Part shown: positions 26,840-34,539 of the stretch, one piece after another
Numbering within the stretch: position 1 is the stretch's first letter
How the letters are laid out: every line of letters begins with the position of its first letter
Source of the DNA: Fidelibacterota bacterium
Lineage (GTDB): Bacteria > Fidelibacterota > Marinisomatia > Marinisomatales > TCS55
Direction: 5' to 3'
DNA length: 34,539 bases
NCBI GenBank assembly: GCA_046861385.1
Contig: JBHHTW010000024.1
Span: 1 to 34,539 of the forward strand
Notes under the pieces: model-generated
Databases searched by the model: none
What the model saw: only the letters and a program-made list of their open reading frames with translations
What the model was told of the DNA's origin: nothing
Translations under genes and position numbers: made by a program

Positions 26840-28057
26840 TTACAATTTCATCACCTTACCCATAAACATGATTGTACCAATATGGTTCTCCCGAATGGCA
26901 AGGATAAAGGGGCGGTCTGCAACGATTGACGGCGGTGCGGAAGTGACACCAGCCCCTACGCTGGTTACGGCAGCAGCCACAGCACCCTCTTCGTCCACAG
27001 TTAAGTATGTTTTATGTTTTACTTCGCTAATGTATATATTTCCGTTATCCAAGGGCATAATTCGTGAAAAATCTGCTGCAGATGGATTAAATGCGATTTC
27101 CATTCCCAATATTTTAAGAATATCATTCAGAGATTTTTCCCAAGCCAGGTCAAACCGTGGCAGGCCGATATGCGCCGTACCGGAGCGGAGATTATTGATA
27201 TAATGGTTCCATTTATCCAACGTTAAAGAATCGGCAATTGTGTTAATATCCTCAGGGATAATGACCGTAAATGAAAAGAGGGAGTCACCGAAAGGGATAT
27301 CTGCCATTGAAAAACCTTCCTGCCAATTGCTATAATACGCTACATTCATTTCCCGACCCATCATTGGAATAGTTGTTTCTGTTCCGTCATAATTATAGAA
27401 TGGTTTGTCTCGAGTGTTCTCTACATCGAATTGAGACCGCCAGCCGCCTTTGAAATAGAGCGCATTGATCAGGTACATGATTATTTCATCAGGAATTTTC
27501 TCCAAAATCGTTTCTATGACACCATTGGTGGCAGTATCCACCCAATCATTAATCACATTCACAGAATTCGGATCATTAAAATTCAGTTCCGCTACCTCTG
27601 CGTCAAAGTAGGTCTGGTTTGTTTGGATAAAATTATCGTAAACGGGCAGACCTTCACGATACCAGATGGAATTGGCAATGGATATCAAGACCTCCGGGTC
27701 CATAGAAGTAAGAAGCTCAATAGTTGTTTGGTAAGATGAATTAATATCTTCTTCTTCTAAACCAGCCAATGATAGTGTTCGACGCATGGCATCGTATGTT
27801 TCGTTTGCAGCCCCGTTCAGTGTCATACCGAGAGCCATGGAAATGGATAGGGGAGAAATCAGCATATTGCTATCGGGGTCTGCCTTATGAAGGGCTTTAA
27901 AAATATTCATTCCAAATACATTTCCGGAATGGACAACGGCCTTTTCGTTGGCGGTGGGCTCTCTTGGAGGCTGGCGGTTTCCGGAGCCCTCTTCTTCAAA
28001 TATTGAACAAGATAAAAAGAATATAGCCAAAACTGTTAATAATATTAACCTTTGCAT
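26840..28057 (-). CDS. Serpin (serine protease inhibitor), lipoprotein
   Basis: NMLISPLSI, INDWV..T.G.I, LINALYFKGGW, EEGAVAAAVT hinge, ADRPF, FMGKV; lipobox FLS-C; AGGAGG RBS. Confidence 0.96.
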   Translation of the reverse strand: MQRLILLTVLAIFFLSCSIFEEEGSGNRQPPREPTANEKAVVHSGNVFGMNIFKALHKADPDSNMLISPLSISMALGMTLNGAANETYDAMRRTLSLAGLEEEDINSSYQTTIELLTSMDPEVLISIANSIWYREGLPVYDNFIQTNQTYFDAEVAELNFNDPNSVNVINDWVDTATNGVIETILEKIPDEIIMYLINALYFKGGWRSQFDVENTRDKPFYNYDGTETTIPMMGREMNVAYYSNWQEGFSMADIPFGDSLFSFTVIIPEDINTIADSLTLDKWNHYINNLRSGTAHIGLPRFDLAWEKSLNDILKILGMEIAFNPSAADFSRIMPLDNGNIYISEVKHKTYLTVDEEGAVAAAVTSVGAGVTSAPPSIVADRPFILAIRENHIGTIMFMGKVMKL

Positions 28058-28086
28058 AATCGCCTCCTGTTTCTGCGATTGACTTA

Positions 28087-28114
28087 AAATTACAGAGAAA
28101 AACTAACTAATCAA
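28087..28114 (-). promoter_or_regulatory. Putative sigma70-type promoter of the serpin operon
   Basis: TTGATT-N16-TAATTT, upstream of AGGAGG. Confidence 0.45.
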
Positions 28115-28123
28115 AATTTCTGA

Positions 28124-28681
28124 CTATGCTGAACCCCCAAAACCAGAAAAGTTGGAAATATCGATGCCAAATGATTTGGCCGCCAAATCCCACATAAACT
28201 TCTCATCTGTGTTGAAAACAAAATCCAGATTTGTTTGTTGTAGAAGCCAGTCCCCATTTTCAATTTCTGATTCCAGCTGGTGCTGCGTCCAGCCGGCATG
28301 GCCTAACATTAACTTATAATGATTTGGCCCTTTGTCGTCGGCAATATCGTGAATAACCGTTTTATTGCTAGTGAGGGAAAAATCATCTCCGACTTTCATG
28401 GTTCCTTCCGTTTCATAATCGGAAGAGTGTAAAACGATGCCACGCTCAACCAAAACAGGTCCTCCAAAATAAACAGTGGGTACTAACTTAAGGATGTCTT
28501 CTTTTTCAGGGAAAATACCCGCAAATAACTCCTTAAGTTCAGGTGTTTCAAACGGTTTATTAATCACAAAGCCCAATGCGCCATCTTTATTGTGTTCACA
28601 GATAAAGACCACAGACCGACCGAAATAGAGATCATTCATGTGGGGCATAGAAATAATGATATGGTTTTTTAGAGATGACAT
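28124..28681 (-). CDS. YqgE/AlgH (DUF179) family protein
   Basis: MPHMND.YF.RSVVFICEH...GALGFVINKP, GGPV, GHAGW...QLESEI. Confidence 0.95.
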   Translation of the reverse strand: MSSLKNHIIISMPHMNDLYFGRSVVFICEHNKDGALGFVINKPFETPELKELFAGIFPEKEDILKLVPTVYFGGPVLVERGIVLHSSDYETEGTMKVGDDFSLTSNKTVIHDIADDKGPNHYKLMLGHAGWTQHQLESEIENGDWLLQQTNLDFVFNTDEKFMWDLAAKSFGIDISNFSGFGGSA

Positions 28682-28687
28682 GGATTA

Positions 28688-28716
28688 AATGTACCCTATT
28701 TGAAACTTTGAATCAA
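28688..28716 (-). promoter_or_regulatory. Putative promoter giving a leaderless algH-like transcript
   Basis: TTGATT-N17-TACATT-N6-ATG with no Shine-Dalgarno. Confidence 0.55.
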
Positions 28717-28720
28717 GCCG

Positions 28721-28838
28721 ATTGGTGGATTGGTTATTGGTAACTGGTAAACCGTAAACGGTAGGACTGAAGCTTGTGGAATTGTTTATACATTCGTGTT
28801 TATTACCACTAACCAGTTACCATTCTACCAGTAACCAA
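28721..28838. repeat. Inverted arrays of ~7-nt tandem repeats (ANTGGTA)
   Basis: Left arm ATTGGTG GATTGGTT ATTGGTA ACTGGTA; right arm is the reverse complement of TTGGTT ACTGGTA GAATGGTA ACTGGTT AGTGGTA. Confidence 0.6.
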
Positions 28839-28930
28839 AAGTCAGTAAGATAAATGTAAATGCTTTTATGAATCAGGTGTAATAATTCGTAAATTCAAGG
28901 ATGTCTTGTGGAATTGAATAATTGGGTCAA

Positions 28931-31780
28931 ATGCAGTCAGAAAAAATCATTATAAGAGGTGCCCGTCAACACAACTTAAAAAATATTGACCTGGAAATAC
29001 CGCGGAATAAACTAGTGGTTATTACTGGGCTTTCCGGCTCTGGAAAATCCTCATTAGCGTTCGACACTATCTATGCTGAAGGTCAACGCCGGTATGTAGA
29101 AAGCCTGTCCTCATACGCAAGGCAGTTTTTGGGTTTGATGGAAAAACCGGACATGGATACCATCGAGGGTTTGTCTCCAGCCATATCTATCGAGCAAAAA
29201 TCCACTGCAAGAAACCCGCGATCCACCGTTGGGACGGTGACGGAAATACACGATTATTTCCGATTATTATTTGCACACATCGGTAAACCCCATTGCTGGA
29301 TATGCGGCCGCCCCATCCAAAAACAAACCGTACAACAAATTGTTGATGCGGTGTGCAAATTTGAGGAATCGTCGAAAATTTACATATTGGCGCCGGTGGT
29401 TCGAGGGCGAAAAGGTGAGCATAAAGGTGTTTTTGCAGAAATAAAAAAAGAAGGATTTCTCAGGACACGAGTAGATGGGAAAGTCTACGGTATTGATGAT
29501 AAAATTTCACTGGTAAAAAATAAGAAACATACGATTGAAGTCGTGGTAGATCGTTTAGTCATCGAAGATGATTATAAAGACCGTCTGACAGAGTCTATTG
29601 AACTGGCTTTGAAAATTGGCAGCGGACTGGTAATTGTTCATGAACTACCCAAAAAAGACCATTTATTCAGCGAACATTTTGCATGTCCTCATTGTGAGGT
29701 GTCCTTAGAGGAAATGTCTCCTAGGATGTTTTCATTCAATTCTCCTTATGGTGCATGTCCCCATTGTGACGGATTGGGTTCCCACATGGAAATTGATCCT
29801 GAACTGCTTGTGCCGGATAAAACAAAATCCCTTATTCAAGGCGCCGTCGTCCCTCTGGGGGAACAGCCAAGGGGAAACTGGTACGGGAGTATTCTGAAAA
29901 GCCTGGCGAAACATTACAATTTTCATTTTACAACTCCCTGGATAAAACTGAACCCAAGGGTGCGGGAAATGCTCCTTTACGGATCGGGAAATGAGAAAAT
30001 GGAAATGACCTATTCGTCTGACCGCTGGACCGGTACGTATACTGGTGGCTGGGAAGGGACCGTTCACAATTTAATGCGCCGCTATAAACAAACCAAATCA
30101 GGACATATACGAAATTGGATTGAGCAATTCATGAGTATGAAACCCTGCCCACAATGCAAGGGCGCCCGGCTAAGGATTGAAAGTCGATCTGTTTTAATTA
30201 ATAACAAGAGCTTGGGAGAAATCTCATCCATGTCCATCAGAACAGCCTTCGATTTTTTTGAAAATATCGAATTGACTAACACAGAAAAACAGATTGCAGA
30301 ACAAATTCTCAAAGAAGTAAAAAACAGGTTAAACTTTTTAGTGAATGTTGGCTTGAGCTATCTGACGCTGGACAGGTCTGCAGTAACCTTATCCGGCGGT
30401 GAAGCGCAGCGTATTCGTTTAGCGACCCAAATTGGGTCTCAACTGGTGGGTGTTCTTTATGTATTGGATGAACCTTCTATTGGTTTACATCCCAGGGACA
30501 ACGAGCGGCTACTCAATACCTTGCAGATACTTCGAGATCAGGGGAATACAATTTTGGTGGTTGAACATGATCATGAAACAATGTTATTTGCTGATCAAAT
30601 TGTTGATCTGGGCCCTGGAGCCGGAGAACATGGCGGTGAAGTGATTTTTTCCGGAAAACCAAAAGATATTTTAACATGTAAAAATTCTATTACCGGGATG
30701 TACCTATCAGGGAAAAAATCCATTCCCGTACCGAAAATGCGCAGAGCCGGGAATGGGAAAATATTATCTCTTCGGGGCAACAGGGGAAATAACCTGAAAA
30801 AAATTGATGTTGAATTTCCATTGGGAAAAATGATTGTTGTCACCGGCGTTTCCGGAAGCGGGAAAAGCACATTAGTGAATGAAACGCTCTACCCTATTCT
30901 TCATAAAGAATTGCACTCCGCCCGCGCCTATCCTTTGCCCTACGATTTGGTTGACGGATTGCAATACCTGGATAAAGTGGTTGAAATTGATCAAAAACCT
31001 ATTGGACGGACACCTCGTTCCAATCCGGCTACCTATACGGGAGTTTTTACATTCGTTCGAGATTTATTTGCGAAATTACCTGAATCAAAAATCCGAGGGT
31101 ATAAACCGGGACGTTTTTCTTTCAATGTAAAAGGCGGACGCTGCGAATCCTGCGAAGGAGATGGAATTATCAAAATTGAAATGAATTTCCTGCCGGATGT
31201 TTACATTACCTGCGAGGTGTGCAAAGGGGCTCGATATAACCGTGAAACATTGGAAATTCTGTACAAAAATAAAAATATTGCAGATGTGCTAAGTATGTCC
31301 GTTGAGGATGCGCAGACTTTTTTTGAAAATATCCCCTCTATTAAGAAAAAATTAACGACCCTTAATGAAGTTGGACTTGGGTATATCAGATTGGGACAGC
31401 AGGCAACAACCTTATCCGGAGGAGAAGCACAGAGGGTCAAATTAGCAACAGAATTATCGCGAGTCAGCAAAGACCGCACACTGTATATACTGGACGAACC
31501 CACAACCGGTCTTCATTTCGAAGATGTCAGTATGCTTTTAGGTGTTCTTCGGCGATTAGTGGAGCGAGGGAATACGGTCATTGTTATTGAACACAATTTG
31601 GATGTGATCAAATCCGCAGATTGGATTATTGATCTGGGACCGGAAGGCGGGGACGAAGGCGGGGAGCTGCTCTTTGCAGGTACACCCGAAGCATTAAGCA
31701 ATGAGAAGTCTTCTTATACGGGATCATTTATTAAGAAAATGCTAAATCATCAGAAAAACGGGAAAATGAACTCAAAATGA
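28931..31780 (+). CDS. uvrA: Excinuclease ABC subunit A
   Basis: GARQHNLK, two Walker A motifs ([16 protein letters not shown]), two LSGGEAQR signatures, CxxC zinc fingers. Confidence 0.99.
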   Translation: MQSEKIIIRGARQHNLKNIDLEIPRNKLVVITGLSGSGKSSLAFDTIYAEGQRRYVESLSSYARQFLGLMEKPDMDTIEGLSPAISIEQKSTARNPRSTVGTVTEIHDYFRLLFAHIGKPHCWICGRPIQKQTVQQIVDAVCKFEESSKIYILAPVVRGRKGEHKGVFAEIKKEGFLRTRVDGKVYGIDDKISLVKNKKHTIEVVVDRLVIEDDYKDRLTESIELALKIGSGLVIVHELPKKDHLFSEHFACPHCEVSLEEMSPRMFSFNSPYGACPHCDGLGSHMEIDPELLVPDKTKSLIQGAVVPLGEQPRGNWYGSILKSLAKHYNFHFTTPWIKLNPRVREMLLYGSGNEKMEMTYSSDRWTGTYTGGWEGTVHNLMRRYKQTKSGHIRNWIEQFMSMKPCPQCKGARLRIESRSVLINNKSLGEISSMSIRTAFDFFENIELTNTEKQIAEQILKEVKNRLNFLVNVGLSYLTLDRSAVTLSGGEAQRIRLATQIGSQLVGVLYVLDEPSIGLHPRDNERLLNTLQILRDQGNTILVVEHDHETMLFADQIVDLGPGAGEHGGEVIFSGKPKDILTCKNSITGMYLSGKKSIPVPKMRRAGNGKILSLRGNRGNNLKKIDVEFPLGKMIVVTGVSGSGKSTLVNETLYPILHKELHSARAYPLPYDLVDGLQYLDKVVEIDQKPIGRTPRSNPATYTGVFTFVRDLFAKLPESKIRGYKPGRFSFNVKGGRCESCEGDGIIKIEMNFLPDVYITCEVCKGARYNRETLEILYKNKNIADVLSMSVEDAQTFFENIPSIKKKLTTLNEVGLGYIRLGQQATTLSGGEAQRVKLATELSRVSKDRTLYILDEPTTGLHFEDVSMLLGVLRRLVERGNTVIVIEHNLDVIKSADWIIDLGPEGGDEGGELLFAGTPEALSNEKSSYTGSFIKKMLNHQKNGKMNSK

Positions 31781-34098
31781 AATCACCACAAGAATTAAAA
31801 CAGTATTACCCCTTTTGGGAAATAACGAAAGACCTGATTGATCAGAGCATTGATATTATGCTTAATTTGAGTCAAAGCGGCCACCCCGGCGGTTCCCGCT
31901 CAAAAGTGCATGGAATGGTAGCTACGCTGCTTTCCGGAGCCATGCGCTGGGATATTCGGGAAGCCGGCAAGCGGTTTGCGGATCGTTATGTGTTGGTGGC
32001 GGGTCATGCGAATCCGGTAGTGTATGCAACATTAGCGGTGCTAAACGAAGCAATGAGAATTAAGTACAAACAAACTGGGGACGTTAAGTATCAACACAGA
32101 AAAGGCGAGAATTTTCAACTCGTATGGGAAGATTTATTGACGTTGCGCCGCAACGGCGGTTTGCCGGGACACGCGGAAATGGAGGGAAAAACATTGTTTT
32201 TCAAATTCAATACGGGTCCAAGCGGACATGGTTCACCTGCCGCCGCAGGAGAAGCTCTGGCGCTTAAATTGGCCGGCTCTCCAGATGTAAAAGTTTTTGC
32301 CTTTGAAGGAGAAGGCGGCTTTACTACCGGAGCCTCCCACGAAACAATGAATTCCGCCTGGGGACTCGGACTGGGAAATCTGGTTTATTTCCTGGACTGG
32401 AATGATTACGGAATTGATAACAGACCGTTTAGTTCAATCATGTACGGAACGCCGGAAGACTGGTTTGGATCACACGGCTGGCACGTTGAAGGCACCATGG
32501 ATGGGGAAGACTGGGAATCCCTAATCCATGGTTATTACCGACTGCTTGTGGAAAATGCGAAATCTGACCAACCGAAAGTTTTATATTCAAAAATGCGAAA
32601 AGGACGCGGCTATTATAAATATGACAATGCCAGTCATGGCGCGGCACACAAAAGAAACTCTGAATTATTCTGGAAGACAAAAGAAGAATTTGCCCAAAAA
32701 TACAATGTGGATTTTGAAGACTTTGGCGGGAAAGCCCATGATACATTGGATGCCCAAACAGATCAAGCTGCATCCTATTTTAATACGGTGTTTTCGGTTT
32801 TGAAAAATAATCAAAAATTGGTGGATTATTTATCAGATACAATGGTGACGCTTGGAGACAACGTTGCGGACAATCATGATTCATGTCGTATTACCGATGA
32901 TAATCCATGCAATGATAAATCCATATTTAATCTAAAGAAATTACCAAAAGAACTATTCGGAAAATCTGGCGAGAAAGCTCCCAACCGAGTGGGGTTTTCA
33001 AAATATGCTAGTTATATCAATACGGTATCAGAAAAGAAATATGGACGTCCACTCGTAATTGCTATGAGCGCTGATTTAGCCGATTCTACAAATATCTCCG
33101 GATTTGCCAAAGAGTGGAACGGCGACGGCAACCACGGTTTATTTGATAAAGACACAAATCCGGACAGCCCCTTGATGCCCCAGGGAATTACCGAATTTAC
33201 TAACGCAGGTATGATGGCCGGACTTGCAACAGTGAACTTTAATCGCAATGTTTATGATGACTTTAATGGATTTTATGGAGCCATGAGCACGTACGGATCG
33301 TTCAGCTATCTCAAATATGGCCCTCTGCGTTTATTCAGCCAGATTGCCCAGGATTCAGATTTTAAAGTGGGTAAAATATTATGGGTGGTTGGCCATTCGG
33401 GCCCGGAAACGGCTGAAGACAGCCGTACCCATTTTGGCATTTTTTCTCCCGGAGTAACGCAATTATTTCCGGAAGGACAGATTGTCAATATCCATCCATG
33501 GGAACATAATGAAGTGGCTCCGGCAATGGCGGCAGCATTTAACACGGATATTCCAATTGTTGCACTGCACTTAACTCGTCCAGCCATTGAAATTCCAGAC
33601 AGGAAAGCGTTAGGCATGGCTTCGTATATGGATGCAGCCAAAGGAGCTTATCTCATAAAAGATTATAATCCGAATAAGAAAAAAGAAGGTGTGATTATTG
33701 TTCGTGGAACCAGTTCTACAAATTCAATCGTACAATTACTGCCCAGAATCAAGGAAGAAGGCCCGAATGTAAAAATTGTAGCTGCCATTTCCTGGGAGTT
33801 GTTTCAAAGACAAAATGAAAAATACCGCAAAAGCATTATTGCTCCCGCAGAGTGGCATGATGCCATGGTCATCACCAATGGAGCGCGAAGATTAATGCAT
33901 AAATGGATCGCAAACAAAATAGTGGAAGAATATTCACTTTCATCTGATTGGGATAATCGCTGGCGTACCGGCGGGTCTGTAGACGAAATTGTAGACGAAG
34001 CCCATCTATCCCCACGATGGATATGGGATGGAATTGTGAAGTTCGCTAATGAGCAAACACAACGTTTAAAATGGTTAAAAGCTCATATTCCAACTTAG
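31777..34098 (+). CDS. Divergent transketolase-family ThDP enzyme
   Basis: [34 protein letters not shown]; ThDP motif reads GEG...N; ATGA overlap with uvrA. Confidence 0.85.
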   Translation: MKSPQELKQYYPFWEITKDLIDQSIDIMLNLSQSGHPGGSRSKVHGMVATLLSGAMRWDIREAGKRFADRYVLVAGHANPVVYATLAVLNEAMRIKYKQTGDVKYQHRKGENFQLVWEDLLTLRRNGGLPGHAEMEGKTLFFKFNTGPSGHGSPAAAGEALALKLAGSPDVKVFAFEGEGGFTTGASHETMNSAWGLGLGNLVYFLDWNDYGIDNRPFSSIMYGTPEDWFGSHGWHVEGTMDGEDWESLIHGYYRLLVENAKSDQPKVLYSKMRKGRGYYKYDNASHGAAHKRNSELFWKTKEEFAQKYNVDFEDFGGKAHDTLDAQTDQAASYFNTVFSVLKNNQKLVDYLSDTMVTLGDNVADNHDSCRITDDNPCNDKSIFNLKKLPKELFGKSGEKAPNRVGFSKYASYINTVSEKKYGRPLVIAMSADLADSTNISGFAKEWNGDGNHGLFDKDTNPDSPLMPQGITEFTNAGMMAGLATVNFNRNVYDDFNGFYGAMSTYGSFSYLKYGPLRLFSQIAQDSDFKVGKILWVVGHSGPETAEDSRTHFGIFSPGVTQLFPEGQIVNIHPWEHNEVAPAMAAAFNTDIPIVALHLTRPAIEIPDRKALGMASYMDAAKGAYLIKDYNPNKKKEGVIIVRGTSSTNSIVQLLPRIKEEGPNVKIVAAISWELFQRQNEKYRKSIIAPAEWHDAMVITNGARRLMHKWIANKIVEEYSLSSDWDNRWRTGGSVDEIVDEAHLSPRWIWDGIVKFANEQTQRLKWLKAHIPT

Positions 34099-34208
34099 AA
34101 TCCAAAAGGTAAAACCGCTTTCATTTTAGCTACCAACTTTTTTATTGCCGGCTTAGTTCTAAGATCTACAGCAATATTTTGTAATGTATCTTATGAAAAA
34201 TTGTTTTG

Positions 34209-34340
34209 CACTCCGTAGGAGTGGTATGTCTATAAATTATAATCATATCTTACCACCAACGCTGTTAGGTGTTGAACACCCTACGGGGTTCGTGCTTATT
34301 GATTTTTCTGTTTTATAGATATAAAATCCCTACGGGATTT
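34209..34340. repeat. Cluster of three REP-like CCGTAGG hairpins forming a REPIN-like inverted pair
   Basis: CACTCCGTAGGAGTG (34209), GAACACCCTACGGGGTTC (34274), AAATCCCTACGGGATTT (34324); the outer two share a TATRTCTATAAA tail in inverted orientation. Confidence 0.7.
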
Positions 34341-34414
34341 CTCTACCATTTTTACCAGCTGATCATGCCTGTACGATAGTATGTTATTTTCAATTGAATT
34401 AATACACGAAATGA

Positions 34415-34539
34415 TTATTTTTCATATTCTAATTCGGACACAAAGATTTTCCCTGTACTCGCGTCAAAATAAGTTATTTTCTGACAACCATTAGAACACT
34501 GCCCTTTTCTTTCAATTATATTTTCTGTGTCTGTTAATT
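34415..34539 (-). CDS. Possible 3' end of a gene running off the window
   Basis: 40 open codons (...KGQCSNGCQKITYFDASTGKIFVSELEYEK*) from the window edge; no family recognised. Confidence 0.3.
   Translation of the reverse strand, partial: LTDTENIIERKGQCSNGCQKITYFDASTGKIFVSELEYEK

Noticed and set aside
26829-27203. 124-aa antisense ORF and the many similar shadow ORFs
   Set aside because: Antisense to well-supported genes, no independent RBS or motifs
28721-28838. CRISPR array
   Set aside because: Units are 7-8 nt, degenerate and inverted, with no unique spacers and no cas genes
28840-28930. SOS/LexA box upstream of uvrA
   Set aside because: No match seen to CTGT-N8-ACAG, GAAC-N4-GTTC or another clear dyad
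1-34539. tRNA, rRNA, known riboswitches and stop-codon recoding
   Set aside because: No cloverleaf or recognised riboswitch core seen by eye, and recognised proteins are full length under the standard code; an Rfam scan could still find weak hits

Overview
A dense, moderately AT-rich bacterial chromosome segment. An FCB-group origin (possibly Marinimicrobia/Marinisomatota-like) is inferred from the T9SS-type C-terminal domain, the Bacteroides-style ETF/ACAD set and gene content. It holds about 27 CDS. In order: a PEGA-like protein with a CTG start plus an outer-membrane protein; yqeY-cvpA-dnaG; a beta-class DNA methyltransferase homolog with all catalytic motifs altered; a lipid A cluster (gnnA-like, lmtA-like, lpxB, DUF374/lpxJ-like, lpxK); fabA-ychF divergent from a FabL-like reductase; an apparently bifurcating etfBA-acyl-CoA dehydrogenase operon; transporters; a secreted module (serpin lipoprotein, Cys-rich lipoprotein, T9SS cargo, facing an NPA-type barrel); algH; and uvrA coupled to a divergent transketolase. 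No rRNA, tRNA, CRISPR array or intact transposase was found. Intergenic regions carry several families of small inverted repeats and a four-helix-bundle gene remnant. The best candidates for undescribed biology are the pseudo-methyltransferase, a predicted Leptospira-like diamino/methylated lipid A pathway, the GEG-motif transketolase and the serpin-T9SS cassette. All family calls come from motif recognition by eye, not database searches.
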